From: a virus
Direction: 5' to 3' (one strand)
IMG/VR virus record: IMGVR_UViG_3300045988_168112
Length of the DNA stretch: 64,000 nt
The stretch's first letter is position 1; every line of letters begins with the position of its first letter. The notes below the pieces were generated by a model. That model ran no database searches. It was not told where the DNA came from and worked only from the letters and a program-made list of their open reading frames with translations. The position numbers and the translations under genes were made by a program. Below, piece after piece: positions 26,901 to 37,000 of the stretch.

Positions 26901-29422
26901 ACAGTAAATACAATATTGTACGAAATAAGTCTTAATTCGACTTTTACTTTTGCGTCAGCACCGTTAACTGTTACAACACCTTGTTGTAAATAATAACCAT
27001 CTTTTCTTGCTGTCCAGTTATAACCACCTGAAATTCTAACAAATTGCGCTTGACCTGAAGAAGTTGTAGTGATAACTTCAGTACCAACTGTAATATCAAC
27101 ACCTTCAAGTGGAAGTTTAGTTTCCGAATCAACAACTTCAAAATCAACTAAATAACCTCTTTGAATAAAATCAATCTCTTTTGTTATATCTTTATCTACA
27201 ATGGTTATCTGACCTTGTTGTGTATAGAATTCAGTTTTCTCTACTTGCCAATTATATGTACCAGCAATATCAATAAACGAAACAAGACCATTCGCATTTG
27301 TTTGAAGCGTTACTCCATTAAAAGTGACATTAGCTTTAGCAACTGGCAATGCATTACTTCTTACAACGAATGTTATTGTATATTTAGGTATAGGATTAAA
27401 CTGAACATCGATTATCGCATTGCCATATATTGTAAATTCTTCCTCTTTTGTAATATAACCTTCTTTAACTACCTTATATCTATATGTTCCTGCAGCTAAT
27501 ACAAACCCAGTAGCAATACCTTGTGTATTTGTAGAACCAGTTTGATTTTCAATTTCATCTCCAGTTACTAATATAGAAGCTCCTGGAACAGGGTCAACTC
27601 CAGTACGAACTCTGAATGTCACATTATAATACGGAATTTCTTCCATTTCAAGTTCAATATTAGTAGAATCAATAATTTCTGCACTTCTTCTAATAGGATA
27701 ATAATCTTCAAGCTCTGCCGAATATTGATAAATACCTGGAAAAACTTCAAATGTGACTATCCCACTCGCTCCTGTATACTTTGTAATACCAGCAAAAACA
27801 ACCTTTACACCTGAAAGAAAATCTTTAGTCTCTTTATCTCTTACAAAGATTGTAACAACTCTCTCGTAAGCTGCACCAATCAATTGAATATATTCTATAG
27901 CATCCTTTTCTACTAATAGAGTGTTTTCTACATTTTCAAAGTTTTCTGCCTCTACACTATAATACCAATGACCTCTTGGAAGAATAATCGAAGTTTCACC
28001 GTTTACATTTGTTTTAAGCTCTTCGCCGTTTATTGTTATAATAGCATTAGGAATATATTTATTTCTATTAGAAAACACTTTAAAAAGTATTCTATAAGTT
28101 TCTTCTCCTTCATAAGGTCTGATTAATTCACTTCCAAAGATATTCTTATATCCTATCAAATAATTCTTAAGAAAGGTTTCTATTGAAAATTTCTCTTGAT
28201 AAGCATTGTTCTTATAATATGCTGCAATAATATCTCTTTCTCCTAAATATCCTTGGGAAAACGGAAGATATAATGGTTTTACTTTAAAATCATATACATA
28301 CACATAAGGAGAACTTACACCTACTTCTCTCTCTTGAATAAAAATAGGTGCTATATATTTCATATTAGGTAAGATTGACAATGCTCTACCTGTTGAGAAG
28401 TTCAATTTCGGTGCTTCTATAAATTTTTCATTATTTGAAAGAAGAAGTCCTTTTATATGATAATATATATTGTCATTTTGAAACTCTATATAATCAGTAG
28501 TATGAAACCACATTGAACTTCCAACAATAGCTCCATTCTCAATTACTCCCATCGGTAGAGCTTCTCCATCTGTAGTTTCGTATCCTGCAACACCAAACTT
28601 TAAATTTTGATTTTCCAATGAAGAAACTTTTACTTGCAATGAGATTTCATAACTTAAATTAGGGTCTATAATGATAAGTTTTTCTAAATCTACTCTACCA
28701 TCAATGCCTACAGCTTGATTACCAAAAAAAGTCATAGCATTGAAAATCTCATCACTTCCATTTTCATCTTGTGTTAAATTGATACTTTCAGGTATCAATA
28801 AAGGATAATTATTCAAATCTTCTACACTTGAAGTAAATTCATATCCTTTGGAAACATTCATTACAGTATCAGTTCTATTCCACGTAGGTGAACTATATCC
28901 CATCGACCACCCAGTAGCTTCTGGTTTAAGTAAAGCAAAAATAAACTCATCTAACGAATTGTATCGAATTAATCGTAGAAGCTCACCAAGAATTTCACCT
29001 TCTTTGTTTATAATGTCCAAACGACCTCTTTTTGAATATTCTTCCAAATAGTTATAAAATAGATATTCCATTTGTTCTTGGTCATCTACCATATTTGTTA
29101 CGAGACCTCTATTTTGAATAAACATCTCAAACAATATCTGGTTTGTATCTATTTCTTTATATTTACGTGCATATAAAACTATCAATGCGAATAGATGAGT
29201 TATAGTTCCCCAAAAAGCTTGAAAATCAGGATTACTCTTCTTATTGATAAATGTAGGGAGGATTCGACTTCCTTCTAATTTCGCCAATACATTCTCAGCC
29301 CAACCTACGACAGCTTTATCGTTTTCTTCAAAAAAACGACTGAACATTAAACTATTATATATAGATGAAGCTTGTGGTAAAAACAATCCACCACATGGAT
29401 TCTTTTCTTCTTTACTTTTCAT
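23951..29422 (-). CDS. tail fibre / receptor-binding protein with tandem CarboxypepD_reg-like beta-sandwich domains and a C-terminal BspA-type leucine-rich-repeat region
   Basis: 1,823 aa. The middle third has more than 10 repeats of about 85 aa with the pattern V.D....P..GA.V...G...TT...G......G.Y...V.K.GY. The last ~450 aa or so carry at least 10 repeats of the F..C..L.S(I/V) type: FQDCSSLESV, FYGCSSLRSV, FYGCSNISSV, FTGCTGMSSI, FYQCTNLTSI, FYGCTSLLNV, FAGCRNLRTV, FENCSNLLTA, FSGCSNMTS. Confidence 0.8.
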   Translation of the reverse strand: MKSKEEKNPCGGLFLPQASSIYNSLMFSRFFEENDKAVVGWAENVLAKLEGSRILPTFINKKSNPDFQAFWGTITHLFALIVLYARKYKEIDTNQILFEMFIQNRGLVTNMVDDQEQMEYLFYNYLEEYSKRGRLDIINKEGEILGELLRLIRYNSLDEFIFALLKPEATGWSMGYSSPTWNRTDTVMNVSKGYEFTSSVEDLNNYPLLIPESINLTQDENGSDEIFNAMTFFGNQAVGIDGRVDLEKLIIIDPNLSYEISLQVKVSSLENQNLKFGVAGYETTDGEALPMGVIENGAIVGSSMWFHTTDYIEFQNDNIYYHIKGLLLSNNEKFIEAPKLNFSTGRALSILPNMKYIAPIFIQEREVGVSSPYVYVYDFKVKPLYLPFSQGYLGERDIIAAYYKNNAYQEKFSIETFLKNYLIGYKNIFGSELIRPYEGEETYRILFKVFSNRNKYIPNAIITINGEELKTNVNGETSIILPRGHWYYSVEAENFENVENTLLVEKDAIEYIQLIGAAYERVVTIFVRDKETKDFLSGVKVVFAGITKYTGASGIVTFEVFPGIYQYSAELEDYYPIRRSAEIIDSTNIELEMEEIPYYNVTFRVRTGVDPVPGASILVTGDEIENQTGSTNTQGIATGFVLAAGTYRYKVVKEGYITKEEEFTIYGNAIIDVQFNPIPKYTITFVVRSNALPVAKANVTFNGVTLQTNANGLVSFIDIAGTYNWQVEKTEFYTQQGQITIVDKDITKEIDFIQRGYLVDFEVVDSETKLPLEGVDITVGTEVITTTSSGQAQFVRISGGYNWTARKDGYYLQQGVVTVNGADAKVKVELRLISYNIVFTVRIDNVPVKNQPVVLGAGDSLQTVNTDANGNAIFNKVPGNYPWSVTKSGYEPRNGTAVVIDKPIAITVDLVKQTGTLIVTVVDVTTEAPIQNAIVTINGETKYSNANGIAGNWTLELGVWEWTASQPDYNNAKGNVNIVAGNNEYTIKMAEKAAVPFNVTFAATIGSTQASGATIEIVGQSEKLTTNELGLVSTQLFSGTYDYVAKYRYCYDVVNSFSIYNSDVRVPINFTIKRVDVTIKVVNSSQRAVSGAQVSFRGMTQYSDSQGYTTFNVEAGDSGTATASKLPQYNENSTFISVGEYNTSATIVLGVNTYKVIFDVVDEKGISIRDVRITLGSNMKNTDGAGRAVFGPYVPPQSFSWQASKAGYQSQNGSVSISNDDVYVNVVMVRNKCQVTYNVRTKAGTPISGVTVEDNISSGVTSSSGTLSWLVPCNDTYAWIATSPNYFTESGSYFVRPEEFSKTINIIMEDGAVLEVSVSNGTSLTLPVLNTSSMGLNNLRVKWGDGDQTLGTSSHTYSSGGTKIILFDFNGMSANLSWSADGFSSFQNCLTKVIKWFTEDVRTSWNKGAFQDCSSLESVVSWTTSLMSGSADSFFYGCSSLRSVPAGLFDFITSGTFVSTYRNSGLSGSVNLSSVLGGNLISDYSYCFYGCSNISSVSGQLRTSSNKTSLNYMFTGCTGMSSISNDIGATNINTCIYMFSRCSNLQSPCRISFKYLSGEMINAYGFCNLSGVSSLPSNLFSGTVGELSLAQAFYQCTNLTSISSGAFNYSTNGGTRCDGMFYGCTSLLNVSGVIIPDIRSASSMFENSGLTTITSSLFSDSPQCSTYAHCFAGCRNLRTVGSQGSPITPPEHSVTVNINSMFENCSNLLTAEYAFGDVTENKPGPTGTDNSYIESGVLKHIDSCTSTFSGCSNMTSQPRWDCIVAGVKLPSAYMPLFYYFKRIFQPYQFGFPDVDSISKSGCFRGCTKMNGYDQYISAYPDWF

Positions 29423-29449
29423 ATTGATTAATATCGATATTTCTTTTCG

Positions 29450-29480
29450 TAAAGATACAACTTTTCCTTTTTAAAACAAA
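29450..29480 (-). promoter_or_regulatory. Bacteroidota-type promoter candidate (TTTG-N19-TATCTTTA)
   Basis: The minus strand reads TTTGTTTTAAAAAGGAAAAGTTGTATCTTTA, 28 nt upstream of the ATG at 29422. It lies just outside the left inverted repeat. Confidence 0.45.
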
Positions 29481-29496
29481 TACTATGAATTTTATT

Positions 29497-29559
29497 CAAT
29501 CTCCCTCATCAAAGACCAGTCCATAACAATAGAGGCTCTAAAGGTAGGGGTGTGGGTGA
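29497..29559. repeat. left arm (IR-L) of a perfect 63-bp inverted repeat
   Basis: CAATCTCCCTCATCAAAGACCAGTCCATAACAATAGAGGCTCTAAAGGTAGGGGTGTGGGTGA. I checked base by base that it equals the reverse complement of 32526-32588. Confidence 0.95.
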
Positions 29560-31004
29560 AGAATGAATGGAGTAGTAGTAATTTCGGAGGAACATCAACA
29601 TCTCGTAAAAATTCATATACTGGATTATATATAGAACCGATTATAGAGGCGAATAAAACCTATCCAAGTAGTTCATGTGCTGCCGTGTTGATATACGACC
29701 CGGCTCAAATGGTTATATCTTCTCAAAAAACGGTTGTTTCCCTTTATACTGATTCCCCGTATGTTTATGGAGCGTCAGCATTTTTTGATTCTGCGGCAAC
29801 GACAGATTCAGAAAGACTATATGGATATAGTTATATACAAGGAAGCTTCTATTTGAGTTCTACTTCTGATGGTGATTTTCAGAACTTAAATTATGTACTT
29901 TGTGGATTTGCTGGTGCAAATAGGTTTACATGGGGACAGATACATATAAGGAGAGGTTCGTTGAATTATGTAAAAGGAAAGAATGATTCTACTTTGGGTT
30001 CAGTATTCCAAAATAGTAATAATTATTCTGTAAGAAATTCTTTATGTACTTTGATAACACAAAAAGAAGTGGATTCAATTAATGAAAATCTTAATGCACA
30101 AGAAATAGTGGCAATACCAAGCACACCCTCTTCTACTAACCAAATTAGTATGTTAATTCAGGGGTATGATATTAGTTCCACTATGTCTTCTTATAATTTA
30201 AATCTTGCCGGGCCTTCTGTCGGAAGAAAAATCAATATATTCTTTTATAAGAGAGTACAAGTCAGTTACTCTAAACGTCAATTAATATTACTTGTAAGCG
30301 GACCTCAAAAAACTTTTTCACAAGAAAATCTGACTTTTGATTTTTATGTATTGGTATGGAAGGAATCACCTACATGGAATTATATAAATAGTGGTAGTGG
30401 TGTGCAATATTGGCATTGTTATAACAACGTACCTTCTGCCATTACAAGCAATATGGGAAACAACTTTTGGATGAGTCCAGACAGAAGAATAATGTTTTAC
30501 ATTGGGAAAGGCTCGTGGGGAGCATCAAAAGGAATAAATACAGCAAGAAGCGGTTCCTTTCTGTTCAACGAAAACGGTTGGGCTGTTGCATCACCAGCTA
30601 TCAATGATAGTTATACGGAAGAAGTTAGAAATACTCTTGCAAATTATTATGTCCTTGATATTCAATTTAACAAAAATGGTTCTAAAATGATTGTATTGTG
30701 TAACGGGCAAAAAGGAACACAAGGAGCTACAATTATTACTGATTCTTATGTTGAAGGTATACACCCGACTAATATATTTTGTTTTATAGTGTTAAGTGGC
30801 GGGAAATGGAAAAATATACCATTCCCTGCGGTAGGACTTACTAATTTCTGGAATAAATATACCGCTTCCGGAAGTGGTAAACTTAGACCATTCTTTAGTA
30901 TTAACCAGAACTATTTGGGTAATTCGTGGGATATGAGCTATGTTTATCCGTCATACAGCGAAAATGCAACGGCATATTATGCTTCTCTTACTTTTAATGA
31001 TTAA
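29497..31004 (+). CDS. silent alternative C-terminal cassette of the giant tail fibre (no promoter, no own ATG)
   Basis: This is the only plus-strand ORF of note. The frame is open from 29475, with no ATG before or within IR-L. The track start at 29550 is a GTG inside IR-L. Read through IR-L it encodes ISLIKDQSITIEALKVGVWV, identical to the giant protein. The last ~200 aa are clearly homologous to the giant protein C-terminus: shared blocks include PSAITS, ENGW, NYY(I/V)LD(V/I)QFN and EGI(Q/H)P. Confidence 0.75.
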
Positions 31005-31013
31005 ATAAAACGG

Positions 31014-31042
31014 GCGTCCGTACTTTTAATTGGTACGGACGC
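31014..31042. terminator. bidirectional rho-independent terminator between the two convergent cassettes
   Basis: Perfect 10-bp stem GCGTCCGTAC/GTACGGACGC (31014-31023 and 31033-31042) with a 9-nt loop. It is flanked by AAAAC on the left and TTTTG on the right, so a U-run follows the stem on either strand. Confidence 0.7.
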
Positions 31043-31056
31043 TTTTGTATAAATTA

Positions 31057-34000
31057 TCAATCACCAAAACTCAAATTATATCTATATGCGTTAAGCGGTT
31101 CATTTCCTCCAGGATACATAAAATTGATTTCTCCATTTACAAAATTGATTAAAGGTTTGTAAATATTACCTTTACCTCCAGATGTAGAGTTGCTATAATC
31201 ATTCCAAAGTGCATCTCCTCCTATATAAGAACTATTTAATCTGACAAATTTTTTCTGATTTTCCACCCAAATAAAATAAAGTATTATATCTGGTTGAATA
31301 CCTTCTGCATAACTATATGTAGAGCTTGGGTTTGTAAATGCACCTTTTGAAGAATTTCCAAAAACTATTATTTTATTAGATTTATTGTTGAATTGAACAT
31401 CTAATATATAATAGTTCTGACAAGCATTTAAGATATCCGTACCTCCTCCTTCCATTTCATAAGAAACTCCAGTCCAGCCATTTTCTCCAAAAAGGGCTGA
31501 TGAACCTTTTATGATATGCAATCCTTTAGAAAATCCTTGGTAATTAGCTCTATTTAATGATATATAGAACAACCATTTTAAATCCGGTGATACCCAATAA
31601 TCTCCTCCAATTACAGAAGTAATCGCAGATGGAATGTTGTAATAACACGACCAATTTCTCACAGATTCCAAGTCATCCCCATATTCTCCTAAAGATGATT
31701 TCCATATTCCATAATAAAATTGGGCATACGTGGTTCCATATGACCTATCTTGCGATTTTACTAAAATAACTACCTTTTCATTGTCACTTATTAATGTCAA
31801 CCATCCCATATGTTCTACTCTGCCTTCATCTTTATAAGGATATCCAGGTAGGTCAGAAAAATTTAGGATGTTATTAGAAACATACTGTTCTGATATACTT
31901 ACTACTATAAATTCATAATTACTATGAGTTCCAATCATATAAGATTTTATTCTTCCATTTGAACGAGGCATTGTTTTAATAACAGAAGCATATTTTCTTA
32001 CAGAATAATTGTTAAAATATTTATACTGGTCGCTTATTGCATTATTACTATAATATAAATCTGATGAAGTGAATGTCCAAGCATCATTAACTGAATAATA
32101 TCTTCTTACTTGAGTTGCAGTCCAACATATTACAGCATCAATTACATAATGTATATATGTAATTACGGGAAGTTTAGTGCTATCAAAATTATATACGGGA
32201 TGACTTATTGACACACCAAGATATTTTGTCATTGCATTTGTACTTACATAAATTGAACTATTATTATACCATAAATTAGTTTCATCTTTTTTATATAATT
32301 TAGCTATATAATATGTTTCAAATGAACTACCCGACAAATAAACAGAACGTCCTAATGTATAGCTTTTTGTACCAGTAGTTACGAAAAATACAATACCAAA
32401 AGAATTACTAACAGCATATAACTTACTTTCTTCACTCGCTAAATTCACAATACCCGTATAAGCACCTTTAAATGGTTTATAATAATTATCTATATATGAA
32501 TAATATTGTTCCACTCTTCTATTGCTCACCCACACCCCTACCTTTAGAGCCTCTATTGTTATGGACTGGTCTTTGATGAGGGAGATTGCAGTGGTGGAAC
32601 GGTTCGGATAATTCCAGTCTCCTGTTCCGTTTCCTCCCCATGTCGTGCTTCCTCCTGCTTCCCACCAGTAGTTGCCCGGCTTTATTGTCAGTACCACCTG
32701 TCCGCTCGTATTTGTAGTGCCGCTATATGCAGTGCTGGTATTGTTACTTGACAGCTTCACTATTACACCACTTCCTACACTTGTTCCTGTACTCGCGTCC
32801 TTTACGGTTATCGTTATCGTCACCTCACTTGGTACCAGCTTGATTGTAAAATTAGAGGTGTTCGTGTTCGTCGTGTTCAGTGTCACGTATCTTGTCGCAC
32901 TTACCACGTATCTCATTGTTGTTCCAGATACATATATAGTTGCTTGTCCAGAACTGTTCGTCGTTACAGTCTGCGTAGCATAATTATTAGAATCTGAACT
33001 ATCTCCATTAATACCATATACCTTTATTGTCGCACCACTTACAGCCGCATTTGTATAGCTATTCTGTACAGTCACTACAATACTCTTTATTGCAGTAGAA
33101 TAAAATGCTGTAGCGTCACTGTTATGTCCTATATTGCTAAAATTATAATTAGGGGTGATGTTGTATGTCGTTTCGGTCGTTGTTGTGCCAGTCACATAAT
33201 AACTTGCCTTGTATGCAGCTATATTTGTCGTTATACCTGCAATGAATGTATATGTTCCATAATAATATACCGTTTTAGCAGAATTTTGAGTGAGTGTGAC
33301 TGTTGTTGCCACTCCTGCTGTTGTAAATATAGGCTTCACTAATGTGTTTACTCTCCACCATCCTAATAAAGGAGTAGAAAGCGGCACCCTTATTCTGAAT
33401 ACAACTGCTACACTCTTCGTTAATCTTACAGCATTCTGTGTAGTTGTTGCTGTAGGCATTGTTATTGTCGTGCTTCCGTTTACCCAATAGCTTGTACCTC
33501 CACCCCATGATAATGTATATGAACCTGCTATCATAGGGCCGAATGACACTTGACCGCTACTATTCGTCGTTCCAGCAAACGTGACAGATGACAAACTCTT
33601 GTTCGTCAATGTAACCGGACATCCGTTCGCATTCCCTTTTACTGCATTCTGATAATAGTCCTTCATCGTTATTGTGATAGAAGAACTTGTCTCGCTCATT
33701 TTCAGATTAAGAGGACTTGCCTGCGTTGCCGATAATGTACCGGATAACGCATTGTAGTTCGTTTTTGAAAATGAATATCCTCTATTGATACCGCTTCTAT
33801 ATACAGTCCAATTACCACTACTATCCGTTGTCCCTGTCTGTCCTAAATAAGAACATGATACTCCGCTTATATTCGTTCCATAATTAGAACTCTTTATGTT
33901 GAATGTCAGACGTGCTGTTACATTCAGTGTCATAGTCCAGGATTGATTTTCAGATACCCATGTCCATTCCTGGCTTGCATTACTGTAATAACTTGCATTG

Positions 34001-37000
34001 TTTTTCGGTGTATAGGTGTAGTTTATTCCAGCATATACCGTATTTGTTTTCTTTCCGCTCGCATCCAACGTTATTTCTCCTGCCGGGGCATTCGAGCCTG
34101 TAGGTACACTTCTGACTATCACTGCACTACCTAACGGATGGGTTGCTGTGATGTTTGGAACTTTCTCAACGACTGTCAGTGTAACCGTTCTTGTCGTTCT
34201 GTTCATCGTCACTGTATAAGGTGATGTCTGTGTGGCAGTCACTGTTCCTACGTAGTTGTTGAAATACTGTGCCGTGGCGGTCATTTGTCTATCTAATCCA
34301 CTTCTGTAGAAGCTTCCTCCGGATGGAAGTGTTTGACCGAAATAGGTAATTGTTCCAGAAAGCGCATTACTTGTATTGTAAATATTTGCTACTGTATTAA
34401 TCACTATCTTTTGGTTGCAAATCAATTGTATTGTCCGCACTTGTCCTGCTGCCGTATAAGTCAGTGCAGTATTTGGATTACTGTAATAATTAGGTCTTGT
34501 TACTGGTGTGAATGTTACTGGTGTACCTAAATAACATACAAACGATACATTGCCGTTCGTATCTAACGTTAATGGGCTTGTAGAAGCTGCCGGACTGAAA
34601 TTCATCTTCATGGATGAATAAAGAGCTACAGTCCATCCAAACGTATTAGACGGAAATGCTTTTCTTGTTATTGTAACAGCATCAGTCGATTCATTATTAT
34701 ATACGTTAATATTATTACTTCCATTACTAAATAAGAAATCTTTATTTGCAGAAACCATTTTGTCTACAGTACATATTTGGGTTATTTCTGCATACGATTT
34801 ATTCTGCGAATTACTTCCACTGATATCAAATACTGATGCTGTATCTATCTGCCATGTAACTGGCTTACTTCCTCCATCTAAATTAAAGAAATTGGTTGTA
34901 CTGAAAGAACCAGAAGCACCACATCTTATATAATGAGCATACCAAGTCCATACACCTGTTCCTTTATTATCTGTAAGCCATCTTCTCGTTGCACTCCCAC
35001 CTGTTCCGGTTGCATTACTCTGAAAAAACAAACTATATCCAGTAGGAATTTTTGCATGGAAAAACACTACAAATTCCTTATTAGCTGCTGTTGGCGTACC
35101 AAAATAAAAACCTCCTAATCCCGGACTTGTTGCTCCGGTAGAAGTCTTTATTTCCAAAACATACTGTGATTTGAATAACACTTCTTCACTCACTCCAAGA
35201 CTTACTGTAGCAGTTGAACGCGTCATTACCGCGTTGAACGGAGACGCGGTATCTGATGTTATACTGCCTCTATAATTACCGTGATATGTTGCTGTAATAT
35301 CTACATTTCTGGTTACAGAACTTCTATATAACGATACGTTGCCACTACTATCCGTCGTTCCTGTCTGATGAAAATATGACACAGTAGCACCGCTCAAATT
35401 TGTTCCGCTTGGCACGTTCGACTTGACATTAATTGTTATTTTTGCCGTTACAGTCAAATCCATAGTCCATGACTGATTGGCGGCCGTATAGGTGTGTTTC
35501 TGTGTCGGATTGCTGTAGAATTCCGGATGTCCTACTACCGTAAACGTCATTTCCGTACCTATATATCCATTGAATGTCACTGCACCGCTTGCATTCGTTG
35601 TAAGTGTTCCGGTCGCACTTCCTGCTGTGTATTTTATCTGTAAGTTCTGATAATAAGTTGTCTGTGCTGGCGTTATTTCTCTTACTACAAGTGTAACCGG
35701 ATTAGCGGCACGTGTCATTACGATATTGAACGGTGAAGTAGAATCGAACCTTATCTGACCTGTATAAGATTCAAGATTTGCAGCACTCACCGATATATTA
35801 CGAGGGTCTGAACCGCTCCAGTAGAACACTGCGTTTCCGCTTGCATCCGTCGTTTTTGTCTGAGTAAAATAATTTACTGTTGCACCTTGAATGTTTTGCC
35901 CTGGTACATTATCTTTCACATTTACAGTTATCTGTTTCGCACAAGTGAGATTCATGTTCCATACTTCACCTGCCGTTGTAAATGTATGTGTTTGAGTTGG
36001 ATTACTATAAAATACCCTTCTATTTTCTGCAATTACTGCAAATGTAATCGGAATACCTAAATACGCCTCAAATGTATTTGTTCCGCTCGTAATCGTTCCA
36101 TTACCTGCTGCCGACGTGTAACTTAATGTAAAATTATACCCACCATCCAAAATTACACTTGCACCACCCGGTATCACTTCATATTGCTGTACTGTCACTA
36201 CATGCTTATTTCTTAGCATCGTAACATTAAGCGGTGAAGCTGTAGTAGGAGCAATGGTTCCGTTTACCGTGCTGTAATCCTCCTTGTCTAAAGAATAATC
36301 CTTTTCCAGTGCTGACCGGAACAATGAAGCGTTTCCGCTTGCATCCGTCGTCACCATCTGTTCGTTGTAAGTTACCGTTACTCCTTGGATATTGTTTTTC
36401 GCATATACATCCTTTACATTAACCGTTATCTTTGAGGTCACGTTCAAATCGAATGGCCATATCACACCATCTTCCGTCCATGTATAGGATTGTGTCGGAT
36501 TGCTGTAAAAGCTTGGGTATGAATCAGTCGTGAACGTGTATTCCAGATTTTTTATCAATAACTGGTTGGTATAACCGTTTTCATCCAAAGTCAGCTTTAT
36601 CGTTCCTGCCTTGGATGTCATTGTAATGGTCTGGTTTGACAGATAAGCTCTTCCTGCCGTACCGTACACCTCCGAAACCTGAATACCTGCATTAATCAAT
36701 TCATATTGCACTTCTACATCCAACACTGTACCACTTTCACTTTGGGGATGTGAGAACGTATCGGATGAAACCTCGCCTGCAAGAACCTCGTAGGTGTATT
36801 CTCCTACCGGAACATTCGGCATGACTATCGTTCCTTCCGTATTCGTCTCTCCCTCGAACACCATGTCCGGCAATACATTGTTTGTTACACGTACCAAAAT
36901 TCCATCCGGTGGTAAAACTCCCTGTGTTGATACATGGAAAGTAACTGGATATTCCTTTGCTTCCAATTCAATATCCATTCTTGTTTCTGTTCCGGTAGGT

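Larger units (their letters stand above)
29497..32588. other. putative invertible DNA segment (G-segment-like tail-fibre switch)
   Basis: Bounded by perfect 63-bp inverted repeats. It contains two convergent homologous cassettes separated by a bidirectional terminator. The reading frame is preserved across the repeat in both orientations. Confidence 0.7.

Noticed and set aside
29550-31004. The track's 484-aa plus-strand ORF, considered as an independent gene starting at GTG 29550
   Set aside because: The GTG lies inside the 63-bp inverted repeat and there is no ATG. There is no promoter-like motif in plus orientation. The frame is open through the repeat and encodes the same peptide as the giant fibre. 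It is better explained as a silent fusion cassette.
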